A stretch of 64,000 nucleotides of DNA from assembly GCF_009914755.1 (NCBI RefSeq), contig NC_060925.1. One strand, 5' to 3'. The notes under the pieces were generated by a model, which did not search any database, had not been told where the DNA came from, and was given only the letters and a program-made list of their open reading frames with translations. The position numbers and the translations under genes were made by a program. This DNA is from the human T2T-CHM13v2.0 reference genome, Homo sapiens. Below, one piece after another: positions 42,971 through 54,362 of the stretch; position 1 is the first letter of the stretch; every line of letters starts with the position of its first letter.

Positions 42971-43111
42971 ACAGCCAGCCCTGGACATCTGATGAAACAG
43001 TGGTGGCTGGTGGCACCGTGGTGCTCAAGTGCCAAGTGAAAGATCACGAGGACTCATCCCTGCAATGGTCTAACCCTGCTCAGCAGACTCTCTACTTTGG
43101 GGAGAAGAGAG
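42971..43111 (+). CDS. CADM3: CADM3 exon, first half of the Ig-V domain (DSQPWTSDETVVAGGTVVLKCQVKDHEDSSLQWSNPAQQTLYFGEKR)
   Basis: ctcctgcag| acceptor, AG|GTAGT donor, 141 nt. Confidence 0.96.
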
Positions 43112-43612
43112 GTAGTATCTCATGAGTTATCTTTCTCCGTGAAAACCATGGGCTAGAGAAGGGGACTGCAGACACCGAGGGGAACTGTTCCTGTCATCCA
43201 GAGGCTGAGAAACATGGTGGTCTGCTGTTTGAGGATGTAACAAGCCATGAGTTCCCCAACTGGTTCCACTATTGCAGCTCTGATTTACAGCATGCATAAT
43301 CTTACAGGGTTCTGGAGTGACTTCACCCCACAGGAGGAACTCTAACAGGAAGCTGAAGTCAGTGTTGCCCTAGGTATCTGACAATGAAGCTCACGAAATC
43401 CAAACTATTTTCTGAGTAGCTCTTAGGCTACTATGTCTAATGACCCAGAAAAGTGATTGAATAACTTAAAGACTGCTTAAACTCAGGAGCAGTTATTTTT
43501 TCCCCACCCACCATACTAGACCCCTTCCCCCAAAGAAGCTGGCCTGGGATTGGAAGGTAAACATGAAAGGTGCCAGTAAAATCCTAGCTTTCCATTCTCT
43601 TGATTTCCCCAG

Positions 43613-43765
43613 CCCTTCGAGATAATCGAATTCAGCTGGTTACCTCTACGCCCCACGAGCTCAGCATCAGCATCAGCAATGTGGCCCTGGCAGACGAGGG
43701 CGAGTACACCTGCTCAATCTTCACTATGCCTGTGCGAACTGCCAAGTCCCTCGTCACTGTGCTAG
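43613..43765 (+). CDS. CADM3: CADM3 exon, second half of the Ig-V domain (ALRDNRIQL...DEGEYTC...VTVLG)
   Basis: ttccccag| acceptor, AG|GTGAG donor, 153 nt; DxGxYxC motif. Confidence 0.97.
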   Translation, partial: PFEIIEFSWLPLRPTSSASASAMWPWQTRASTPAQSSLCLCELPSPSSLC

Positions 43766-44457
43766 GTGAGACTCCCAAACCCCAGTGTCTCTACAGCATG
43801 CTTCCTTGCAAACAAACCTCCCTAGATGGGTCCCTGAAGCAGCTGGGAGCCAGGCAAGTCTCCAAGCACTTTAGGAAAGTTCAGCCTGTGTTCCCCTGGC
43901 AATGGGATAAAATGTAAAAAGAAATGGGTTTTAATCCTTTGTGCTCTACTTGCTGTTTGATCTAGGACAAGGTTCTTACTCTCTTTGAGTCTGAATTTTC
44001 TCTTATAACAGAGAGATGATCATACCCCTTCTACTTACCTCCCAAGATGGTGTGAGGAAAACACAAGACATGCATGTGTTATAATTTCCAAAATAAGTAC
44101 CCCAGTTGCTTACATGCTCTCATCTTCATCCTATATTTCATCCTATATTTCAACTTCCTTCTTTGCGTCTCTGAGACTCACACTATTTCTGTGGCCACCC
44201 AATTGTGCTGTAAGTGGAGGGTCATATATCATGCCTGTGCTATGGCATTGCTCCTCACTGCCATGCTGTCTCCCGCAGGCCTTCCTTTCTGGTCCTCAGG
44301 GAGGAGATCAAAAAGAAAGATGATTTATCTAGTCTTCTACCCATCAGAAATTATAGTAGAACCTAGGTACGCAGAGAAGCCATCTCCACAGGGAGAGCAG
44401 AAGTGTGACCCCATGGGGCCTCTCCTTCCTATCCTGGCCATCCCCTATCCATGGCAG

Positions 44458-44595
44458 GAATTCCACAGAAGCCCATCATCACTGGTTATAAATCTTCATT
44501 ACGGGAAAAAGACACAGCCACCCTAAACTGTCAGTCTTCTGGGAGCAAGCCTGCAGCCCGGCTCACCTGGAGAAAGGGTGACCAAGAACTCCACG
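44458..44595 (+). CDS. CADM3: CADM3 exon, first half of Ig domain 2 (IPQKPIITGY...WRKGDQELH)
   Basis: ggcag| acceptor, CG|GTGAGT donor, 138 nt. Confidence 0.96.
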
Positions 44596-44904
44596 GTGAG
44601 TACCTCCTGCCTTGGGGTTACAGGAGAAAGTGGTGCTGGAAAGAGAGAGAAGTGCCTGTCTGTGAACGTACACAGGAGGCATGGTATGGAAGAGAAAAGG
44701 GGAATGACATATATTTTGTGTGCACTCAAGTGCCTATGTGTGTGTTGGGGCCTACATTCTCCCTGCCACAACTTTCTAAGTTTATCTAGGTTGAGACTCA
44801 CCATCTGTACGTCTACAATGAGGCCCACATGATATCTGTATGTTAGGTTTACTCTGTGTCTCTCTCTGTGTGTTTGTGTGTGTGCCACTGTTTCTGCACT
44901 CTAG

Positions 44905-45075
44905 GAGAACCAACCCGCATACAGGAAGATCCCAATGGTAAAACCTTCACTGTCAGCAGCTCGGTGACATTCCAGGTTACCCGGGAGGATGATGGGGCGA
45001 GCATCGTGTGCTCTGTGAACCATGAATCTCTAAAGGGAGCTGACAGATCCACCTCTCAACGCATTGAAGTTTTAT
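44905..45075 (+). CDS. CADM3: CADM3 exon, second half of Ig domain 2 (EPTRIQEDPNGK...QRIEVL)
   Basis: ctctag| acceptor, T|GTATGT donor, 171 nt. Confidence 0.96.
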
Positions 45076-45218
45076 GTATGTCATGGGCTTGGGGATGAAG
45101 AAGGATGAGGTATGAGATGAGGACCAGGGAGAAAGAGAATGCAGGTGACTGTGCATGAAACAACACGCACAGTTAAGTGAATAGGTAAAAAATGAAACAA
45201 AGACTGCCAGGACTAGGC

Positions 45219-45432
45219 CAGGGTTGGCAAACTCTTTACAGAGGGCCCAGTAATGAATATTTTAGGCTTTGAGACCCATACAGCCTCTGTGTCAACTACT
45301 TAATTCTCCGTTGTTGTAGGGACGCAGTCATAGACAATATGTAAACAAACGAGCTGGGCTGTGTTCCAGTAAAACTTTATTTACAAAAGAATGCAGGTGG
45401 CAGGATTTGGTCCAAGGGGATACCAACCCGTG
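45219..45432 (+). mobile_element. MER58A (hAT-Charlie) MITE
   Basis: cagggttggcaaac...ccaacccgtg termini; 8-bp TSD gactaggc (45211-45218) / gtctaggc (45433-45440); ggctgtgttccagtaaaactttatttaca core. Confidence 0.88.
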
Positions 45433-47398
45433 GTCTAGGCCAGTATAATGTAGCCAGGCTGCAAACTGTTGTCGTAACTGTGGTAACTCAGGATTCCCAG
45501 GAAGTAGTTTCTAGTCTGCACTCCACCACTTACTAGCTGTGTGATATTCAGAAGATTACTTTACCCCACTGAGCTTGATTCTATATTTGCTAAGTGAAAG
45601 AGATGAGCATGGGGATCACTACAGTTTTATCTTGGTTTAACAATTTATGATTTCAAGAAAATATGGGTGGTAGGAAAGCACAGTTTCCCTGGCATCATTA
45701 TTCCCAGATCTTTTCCTTACTGACTGCTCTTCTATTTGCCCCAGCTCCATGTATTTTCCTGGGATTCTGACCTGAAATGGCCACTGTCACTGTCATTACT
45801 CCTGGCCCTTCCCAGGACACTCACACCCTCTGTGGAATTTGCCTTTAGTATGGTTAGGACACTTCTGAGGAAGTTTGGAAACGGGAATTTCTCATCTGAG
45901 GAAATTCAGAAATTTGTAAAGAACAGCCTCTCTGGGTGGAGGAACCAAAGGGAAAAGAATCAGCTAAAGTCCAATGGGAGAAGTTAGAGTTAGGAAATGG
46001 TGTATTTCTTGTCCTAACTTACCTAAAAGTTGGGCAGTTTTCAAAATAACCAAAGCCCTTCATCCTCTTCTTGTGGAATCGACCTAGGCCCAATTATTTT
46101 CCTAACTTCAGTGTTATTTAATCATATCTTAGACCCATTACTCAAACTTTAACCTGAGGTAGGTTTAGGGTGCATCACTATTCATTTGGCAGACTCAATC
46201 CACAGGCCGACAATCCGGACTCTAGCCGCAGTGCTGCCGCTTACTAGCTGTGCTCCTTTGGCCAAAGCATTTCATCTTTCTGTGGCTCCTGCTTACTTTG
46301 CTGAGTTATTGTGAGGATAAATAAAACAATGCATGTGAAAGAACTTTGTAAATGTCAAAGTTCTATATTCCTATAAGGTGCTTCTCTGATTATTAGTTCC
46401 TAGTGTGAGGCCCTGACCTGGAGCTTTTCCCCCCGCCCCTTGGTCCCTGGCCAGAGCTAAAGCCTTGGTCCCCTGCCTGAGCCCCAAAGACTCCTCTGTT
46501 AGATACCAGACCATCTGGCAGTTACTCGCCAGGGACCCTTTTAGCCCAACTGTGATCAGCAGTCAGTCAACAAATGCTATACTCCAGGCACTGTGCTAGA
46601 GGTTTCTATGGCCATGGGGTCCCAGAACGCCTATTCTTTCACCTGGCCTGATTCTCTATGTCCCATTTGATTTGGCTGAAACACGTTCATTAACTGGTTG
46701 TTAAAGTTGGCTCTATCCTTAGGGGAAGCTCAGCCTCTTTATCTGTTGTTCTCGACCAGCATCTGGTTGTATTGTTCTGAGCGGCCATCTGGACCTAGCC
46801 TCCTAAGCAGCCCTTCGGCGTCAATGGCAGATGCCATTCTTCCTTCACAGAGCCCTTCTATATTGTGTCAGTGCCTTTTTGCAGCCAAAATATGACCCTG
46901 GTCTCTTGCTGTTTCAAAGCTCTCACTTCGTGTTTGCACTGACCATTCAAAATGATGTTTTGTGTTCAAGCATTGCTTCCAGTTCTAAGCTCCCTTGCAG
47001 AGCAGAGAGAACTGAGAAGTTGTGAGCTCAATATGTGACAAGTTCAACTTTATTTGTTCTGTAAAAAATATGTATTAGGTCTTTCCTATGTGCTAGGAGG
47101 TTTGCTAGGCACAGGTAAACCACTCATTTCCCTTCTCAGCTTTCTGTTAAGACATCTCTTAGGGCCCACCAAGGACAGACCTTCCAGAATCCTATCACAC
47201 AAGGTTGCAAGAGAAGTTGCTCACATATTCAATAGCAATAATGGTCCTTGTTCATGAGAAGTAGGAGAAGGAAGGTCTTTGTTGCACTTCTTGAGCTGCG
47301 GAAACATTTAGAGGTAGAAGCTGTAGTGTGCAACTAAGTGAGGGAATCTCCTAAGCCGTGTGGGGAGGTATTCATTGATACCATTTCCTTCTCCACAG

Positions 47399-47489
47399 AC
47401 ACACCAACTGCGATGATTAGGCCAGACCCTCCCCATCCTCGTGAGGGCCAGAAGCTGTTGCTACACTGTGAGGGTCGCGGCAATCCAGT
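47399..47489 (+). CDS. CADM3: CADM3 exon, first half of Ig domain 3 (TPTAMIRPDPPHPREGQKLLLHCEGRGNPV)
   Basis: ctccacag| acceptor, GT|GTAAG donor, 91 nt (phase 1-2). Confidence 0.95.
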
Positions 47490-47925
47490 GTAAGAAGATC
47501 CATTTCCTGGTCTCCTCCTTACTCTCCACATTCTCAGATTGCCTTCTTCACATAACAGCTCCTTCCTATCTCCTCTGTATTGTCTGACCTGAGCCTCTCA
47601 TTTCCCTGACTGTCCAATAATGTCCGCCTGCAATTAGTTCTTCTGCAAAGCAGCACAAATGGGAAGGGGCCACTCCCTAACTCAGTCCCTGAGTTTCCCA
47701 CAAAGGCCAAGTTAAAGTAAGATACAAGTCTGGAGATCTACAGCTTCCCCAGAACGAACCCCAAGAGGCCACCTGGCGTATAGCAGCTCCAGTGTCTCTG
47801 GCCCCGATAATTTCTCCAGCCTCATCAAACAGTCCTTGACATCCCTGCTCCCAGTTATTTTTTTTTTTCTTTTAGCTCCCTGGCCTATGCTCTCCTGAGC
47901 TCTTCTGATTTGTCTGCCTCGACAG

Positions 47926-48095
47926 CCCCCAGCAGTACCTATGGGAGAAGGAGGGCAGTGTGCCACCCCTGAAGATGACCCAGGAGAGTGCCCTGATCTT
48001 CCCTTTCCTCAACAAGAGTGACAGTGGCACCTACGGCTGCACAGCCACCAGCAACATGGGCAGCTACAAGGCCTACTACACCCTCAATGTTAATG
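47926..48095 (+). CDS. CADM3: CADM3 exon, second half of Ig domain 3 (PQQYLWEKEG...DSGTYGC...TLNVN)
   Basis: gacag| acceptor, G|GTAAG donor, 170 nt (phase 2-1). Confidence 0.96.
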
Positions 48096-49843
48096 GTAAG
48101 CCCTCCTCAGTTCTCTTCCTCCAGAATCTCCTTTCTCTGTCCATCTTATTCCCTTTTTTAAAATGCTTCCTGATAACATCCCCAAACTGTGACGGGGAGT
48201 GGAGTAAAGGAAAACCAGCCCACCACTGGGGTCCCTGAGGGCTTAGGTCCCAGGTCCACTCTAGAATGTGTAATGGCCGCTTAGTGAAAAAACATTAGAA
48301 GGGTGGGCTCTCATCTGCCTTTCTTTGGTAGTGGTGGCCTGGGTGACACCATCTTCCATCCCCTGCACTTGTCTGACAACAAGAACAATAATTCTGTGTG
48401 CAGAGGCCCCAAAGCCTCTCAAGTGCAGGCGCAGGTGCATTTCCTTCTCTAACTGGCTCTTCTCAGAGTTGCTTCTCCTAAGACTAGGTATTGGGTGCAT
48501 GCAACTGCTGTCATTTTTTTTTCTGCCCACCTTACGCACAGTGTACTGGGTCTGGACAGAAAATAGAGAGAAGCTTGTACTATGCCAAGAGACAGAATCT
48601 TTTCTCAGATGCCATATCTTCTAGAAGGACCAGGTGATGCTCCTTCTCTGAAGTTCTTCTCAAAGCTGTGACCACAAAACCCAGCTTCAGGAGTAGTGAC
48701 AGGGTGACACAGAGGCCCCTTTATGGAGAGTTGACGGGCGATTTTTTTGAAGATCCCAATGGCTGTGGGTCCCGCCAGAAAGTCTTATCTTTTCTCAGAA
48801 TAGGGGAAATGCATTGTCGGGGAAACATCAGAGGCTCCCTTACTTGAGACACTCATTAAAACAGTTGAGGGGATAAGAGCCAGGCCTCCCAGCGATAAGA
48901 GGTCTGAGTTCTTGGGATCAGAATGTCTGGATGGGTGATTCCCACTCCAGGGGCAGACCTCAGCATGTGGGAGCTGCCTCAGCACAACAAGGCTATTGTA
49001 GGATGCCAAGAGCAAGGACAATGCACTGAGCTCCGGTCTCTGCCCCCAGATCTCTCCAGACCAATCTGATGATGATTGGCAGTGAGAGAAAGTTCTTGTG
49101 CCCTTGTGGTTGGTATCTTGCTGATCTCCCCTCTGCTTTGTGCTCAACAGCCAGGCAGAGGGAGTCCTGTTGGACTGCGTCTGTTTCCAGTGCTGACGCC
49201 TGGTGGTAGAAGGAGCTACTGCATCTTCTTCCAGGAATATCCTTAAGTGGGCGGGACTGGAACGAAATTAAATGCAGTTCTACCTAGAAACAGGGGCCTG
49301 TAATTGATGACCCCAGAGGTCGTTTGGCCATGGAAACCTGTGCTTTTCTAAGGAACTGCCATTTCCATAGCCTGTGGAATAAGTATCCAGGATTGATTTT
49401 CCATGTGGACTGTCTCGCATACTCCCTGAGAGAGAGACAGCAGGTAACTCACTCTGCTTCCTCCAAGTTACACCATCACCTCCACCCCAATCATATCATA
49501 GATTTCCTGGACTCATCCTCTCCCTTCCTCCCAAGCAGGGCATAAAAAACCAGAACACAAATGTTTTCTTTTCAAATAAGGTGTAGACAGGCAAGGAACT
49601 GAAACGCGGGCCCAGCCAAGCCTGAGGAGACATAAGGTAGGAAAGACAAAATATGTAAGGAGTCAATGAGGCATTAAGACTCAAGCTGAGTCCATGGAAA
49701 ACAGCAGCTCTCCCATGGGTGGGAGAGTTATGTCTATGGCTACATCAGAACCGTGTGCTGGGCCCGTGCGAGTCCTCAGATATTTGGGACTCTGGCTGTG
49801 GCTGCTGATGTCTTTGCCACACCCGGCCCAGTCTGTGCTGTTG

Positions 49844-49903
49844 ATCCTCTATATAGGTTGTCAATCCTCTACATAGGTTGCCAATCCTCTACCTAGGTTG
49901 CCA
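49844..49903. repeat. 3 x 20-bp tandem repeat atcctcta(t/c)(a/c)taggttg(t/c)ca
   Basis: Units begin at 49844, 49864 and 49884. Confidence 0.92.
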
Positions 49904-50329
49904 TGGAGGACAGATGCTATATATTCAGTGGCAGAGACATCCACTAGCATGAGAGAAAGCATCTTTTCCTTTGCACAAACACTTTGAGGGTGGCAAAGTG
50001 AAGACGGAGTCCCAGGCCTCCTCCTTGGGAAAGACTAGAGGCTTGGGGTTTCACTGGAACACTAAACTCACCTGCCACAAAGGAACAGTGTTCTTTACAT
50101 AGATGATAGATTGTGGCCCCTTACATCTATCATCTTTCGTAAGGTGCTGTCAAAGTGCCTAATTCTTGGCTCTATCAGGTTTTACTGTTCCTTCCCTATC
50201 TGATCTTAGGGCAGTGGGTGAATAGGCTGAGAAGGCCCTTAGAGCTAGGGGAGCTGGCTCAGAATATCAAGCAGACAGGAGGGTAAGAGGGAATGGGGAC
50301 AGAGAAGGAACACTCTGATAACCCAGAAA

Positions 50330-50495
50330 TTAAAAAGAAAAAGAGGGAGAAAAGAAAGAAGGAAACAGGGCAGGAGGAGAGAGGAAAGAAGGAAGAGAGG
50401 CAGGAAGAAGGAAGGAAAAGAAGAGGGGGAGGGAGGGAGGAAGGAAGGAAGGAAGAAAGGAAGAAATGGAGGGAGGGAGGGAAGGAAGGAGAGGC
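50330..50495. repeat. GA-rich (GGAA/GGAG) low-complexity purine tract
   Basis: Directly visible. Confidence 0.9.
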
Positions 50496-50785
50496 ATTAA
50501 AGCAATGATCTTTGACCAAGGCCAAGCTTCAGTGCCAAGAACTCAACTTAGATGACTAGGTATGGGCAGATTTATTTATTCATTAATCCATCAATTTGTT
50601 TTAACAAATACTATAATACAGGTGTGGCGTATAAGCACAAGATAAGGCATGATGAATGACACTGCTCCATTTTCCTGATGTTAGTACCTGTTCCCTGCTG
50701 TGTAAGATTATTCATGGCCAAGTTGGAATGCTATAAGATAAGGGCTCTCCCCAGATCTGACTGTGTGTGTTGCCCTTTCTTCCAG

Positions 50786-50911
50786 ACCCCAGTCCGGTGC
50801 CCTCCTCCTCCAGCACCTACCACGCCATCATCGGTGGGATCGTGGCTTTCATTGTCTTCCTGCTGCTCATCATGCTCATCTTCCTCGGCCACTACTTGAT
50901 CCGGCACAAAG
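50786..50911 (+). CDS. CADM3: CADM3 transmembrane exon (DPSPVPSSSSTYHAIIGGIVAFIVFLLLIMLIFLGHYLIRHK)
   Basis: ttccag| acceptor, AG|GTCAG donor, 126 nt. Confidence 0.97.
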
Positions 50912-51512
50912 GTCAGAGGCACAAAGAGAGCATCAGCAGAACTTGGGAGGGGCAGGGAGACCAATCAGAGGCAGGCACGAGGAGAAGCAGACAGTGGAAA
51001 GGGCCTTCAGAGACTTGTCAGCCCTTTGGAGTGTTTAGGGAATTAAAAATGGAGCCAACCCTATCATTGCCAACCCTGTGATAACTGAGCACCACCAACC
51101 CCGCAGTAAAGCCTGATCACTTGGGGATCGTCCAAGTGAAATCAAACCTTCCCACTCAGTCAGCGGTTGCTCCCATGCTGCTCTACCTCCAGGTCTCCTG
51201 CTGCAAGACAGAGAGCTCCTGAAACTGCATCTCCATCTCATTGCTTCCTGCGCTTTCTTCCTTTCTGTCTGTTTAACCTCATTTTCTTTCTCCTTTGATC
51301 TCATTGCCTTTCTTTCCTCTCCCCCTTTTCTACCTTCTCTCTTATATCCATGCCTTCTCTCTACCCTCTTCTCACATTCCTTCCTCTCAGACTTCCTGCT
51401 CTGCTATTAATTCTAGCCAGCGGCCTGACTCCATAGGCTGGTCATACATAAGCCAGATCTCAATTGCTTTGCTCATGAAGCTGACATAGCAGATCCCCCG
51501 TCACCAAGTTGC

Positions 51513-51551
51513 GTGCACACGCATGCATACACACACACACGCATGCGTGCA

Positions 51552-51581
<30 letters not shown>
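51513..51581. repeat. Compound (CA)n microsatellite in the last CADM3 intron (possibly marker D1S2635)
   Basis: Directly visible; marker identity is from memory and unverified. Confidence 0.9.
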
Positions 51582-51584
<3 letters not shown>

Positions 51585-51829
51585 CTCTTTTTGCTTTGTA
51601 TTATAGATGAGATTCTACTTAGGGGTAGGATTCATTATTCATGAAGGGTGTGGTCAGGTGAGGCATGTTGGAAGCAAAATGCGAATTAGGTAAGGTGGAG
51701 TAGAAGAGAGCTATTGGCAAGAGAAAAATTACTTGAGCAGTGTGTGAGTGGGTGGGTGAGAAAGTGGGCAGGGTGGACTCAGAGGTTGGGAAGCTGCTCC
51801 TGAGAGGAGAAGCCTCTGTCTCTACACAG

Positions 51830-51948
51830 GAACCTACCTGACACATGAGGCAAAAGGCTCCGACGATGCTCCAGACGCGGACACGGCCATCATCAATGCA
51901 GAAGGCGGGCAGTCAGGAGGGGACGACAAGAAGGAATATTTCATCTAG
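51830..51948 (+). CDS. CADM3: CADM3 last coding exon, cytoplasmic tail ([39 protein letters not shown])
   Basis: tacacag| acceptor; TAG at 51946-51948. Confidence 0.97.
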
Positions 51949-54345
51949 AGGCGCCTGCCCACTTCCTGCGCCCCCCAGGGGCCCTGTGGGGACTGCTGGG
52001 GCCGTCACCAACCCGGACTTGTACAGAGCAACCGCAGGGCCGCCCCTCCCGCTTGCTCCCCAGCCCACCCACCCCCCTGTACAGAATGTCTGCTTTGGGT
52101 GCGGTTTTGTACTCGGTTTGGAATGGGGAGGGAGGAGGGCGGGGGGAGGGGAGGGTTGCCCTCAGCCCTTTCCGTGGCTTCTCTGCATTTGGGTTATTAT
52201 TATTTTTGTAACAATCCCAAAGCAAATCTGTCTCCAGGCTGGAGAGGCAGGAGCCCTGGGGTGAGAAAAGCAAAAAACAAACAAAAAACAAAACCCTGGA
52301 GTGTTAGGAGGAGAGTGAAGGTAGAGGGGTGAGGAAGGGTAAGGGGCAGGGCTGGTTTCAGCTGGGGGCTCTCACCAGCCCTCCTTTCAGCCTCTACAAC
52401 AGAGCAGCTTCCCAGACTTCTCCAGGAACCCAGAAACGGGATGGTTGTCGGCAAAGGTTGGGAGTGGCTTTTCCTCTGGTAGCCACACACCTGAGCACTA
52501 CGGACAGGGAGGCAGGTGCCACCTTGACACCTCTCTTCCATAGCAATGGGAAAGTGATGAGTGCGGGAGTCCTGAGGAGATGTGGCCTGCAGACAACATG
52601 CAGCCATGCAGGGACCCAGGACTGTAACCTGGGGAGGACGCGGGTCCCTGCAAGGAAGAGTAGATTTGGAGAGGAAGGATGGAGGTGGACTCTCACCCCA
52701 TTCCCCCCGGAAATGAACAAAGCCGGGCCCTTTCCATAGGAACTGCCCTTGGAGATAGCAGAGTGTGGCTGCCCCTCCTTGCTCCAGCAGCAGTGGGAGA
52801 GGCACTGCTCTGGGGCCTGAACTGCCTCTGCTTCCCCCCCTGAGGGGCCCCTCACTCTTACCCAAGACTCTGGATTGTTGCACGGCAACCACTCCTCCCA
52901 TGGCATTGCTCAGCAACTACTTCTCCCTTCCCGGCCACCCTGTGCCCCCTTCCTGGTCCCAACGCCAGCCCTTCATCCTTCCTCCCTCAGCAGCCAGGCA
53001 GACATAACAACAAAACTACTAAAAGGAGCTTCACTGCAGTGAGCTGTTTCCTGCCCAAACTAAGGGAATAATGTGAACTGTGTGCATGTGTGTGGTGTGT
53101 ATGCATGTGTGCATGTGTGTGTGTGTGTGTGCATGTGTGTGAGTGAGTGAGAGGCAGAGCGAGGAACTGAGGAGGAGGGCTAAGAGCCAGGGGTCCTGGG
53201 CAAGTGGACAGGGCTGTGGGACATGTTGGGGAGGCTTTGGGAATGGGGTATTCCTAGTCAGGGTTCACACCTCACCTGGGATGTTGTTCCATGCTGGTAT
53301 TTCCTCTGCCACCCCCAATGCCCATCGGTCTTGGAGAAAGGAGTCCCCGGGTGTGTGTTTGCCCAGCTGTCCATTCTATCTCTCCCTTAAACACAGAGCA
53401 TTCAGCCCTTCCCTGGATTTCCCTCCTCTGAGCCATGGAGTCAGTGCCACAGCCTTTGCTATGCACCTCTCAGGCCTCTCCTTGGCGTTGACCCTGGAAA
53501 GACCTACCACCACCTATTTTTTCCCATAGTCTGTACCCAGTGAGTTGAAGGCTGGGTCCCCACCCTTCCTTTTGATTTCCTGTCTTCCTTCTCGTGGCCC
53601 CAGCTGGTTGCTGTGGAGATGAGGTTCCTGGTCCTCCCTGTCCTGGCTGGACTGCCCCGCCTCAGATCCAGGATGCCCTTGGCATCGCTCCCACCCTCCC
53701 CCAGCTTTTCCTCCCTGGTCTGACAATGGGCATGCAAAAAGGGGCAGCTGCAATCTAGCAGGCCTGCCCACCCCCTTCAGTTCAGGTAATACAGTTGTGA
53801 ATCTTCCAGCCGCTGGTTAGGGCCTTGGGCACCACAGGCAGCCCCTCACCTAAGCCGGGGCCTACTCCTCTTACAACAGCAAGAGAGCCCTGGGGCCCCA
53901 GGCCTGTTGAGCTTCTTGTCTCCCAGCACCCGCTTTTGGGAAAATGACTTTTCCTCTTCAAGCTGAACCACTCTGTCCATATTACACAGAAGCCATATTT
54001 GTACGGGGGGGTGGGAGGGAGAGGGGCTGTTGTGCTGTGTGTGTCTGTCCAGGGGTGGGGGGGTGGGGGAAGGGAGCAGGGAGGGGACCGTGTATCTTTA
54101 TAATCTTTCTAACTCTCCTGTGCTAATCTCAGAGGGGTCACCCTCAATATATCTGGATTATCCGTGTCATTCAGCTGCCTCCTTTCTGGTCCTCTTGCTG
54201 CTGCTGGGATGTGTGTATGTGAGGGTCTTCTTCCCATACCCCTTGCACCTGGTGCCTGGTGCCTCAAAAGGTGGTGTGTCCCTTGCCAGGCCACTCTCAA
54301 GAATATCTATGTACAGCAACAATATAACTCTACAAGGGAGAGAAG
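51949..54345 (+). other. CADM3: CADM3 3'UTR (~2.4 kb; end inferred)
   Basis: Follows the stop codon; G-rich and TG-repeat tracts; end placed at the AATATA site below. Confidence 0.6.
53078..53150. repeat. (TG)n / (TGCA)-interrupted repeat in the CADM3 3'UTR
   Basis: Directly visible. Confidence 0.9.
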
Positions 54346-54362
54346 TGTGTTCACTTCCTTTT
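54310..54362 (+). terminator. Candidate CADM3 poly(A) site: UGUA 54310-54313, variant hexamer AATATA 54321-54326, GU/U-rich element 54345-54362. A canonical AATAAA alternative lies at 54814-54819
   Basis: Motif order matches the usual CFIm/CPSF/CstF layout. Confidence 0.5.

Larger units (their letters stand above)
22798..51948 (+). other. CADM3: CADM3 coding span (cell adhesion molecule 3 / Necl-1 / SynCAM3): join(22798-22885,[40806-40907],42971-43111,43613-43765,44458-44595,44905-45075,47399-47489,47926-48095,50786-50911,51830-51948) = 398 aa, or 432 aa with the bracketed exon
   Basis: Exon lengths 88+141+153+138+171+91+170+126+119 = 1197 nt in one open frame, all GT-AG. Signal peptide, 3 Ig domains, TM, 4.1-binding RHKGTY motif and PDZ-binding EYFI C-terminus. 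Confidence 0.98.

Noticed and set aside
49844-49903. CRISPR-like array
   Set aside because: Human DNA; contiguous tandem units with no unique spacers.
52200-52916. 238-aa and 170-aa antisense ORFs in the CADM3 3'UTR
   Set aside because: GC-rich UTR sequence with no domain-like features; most likely chance ORFs.
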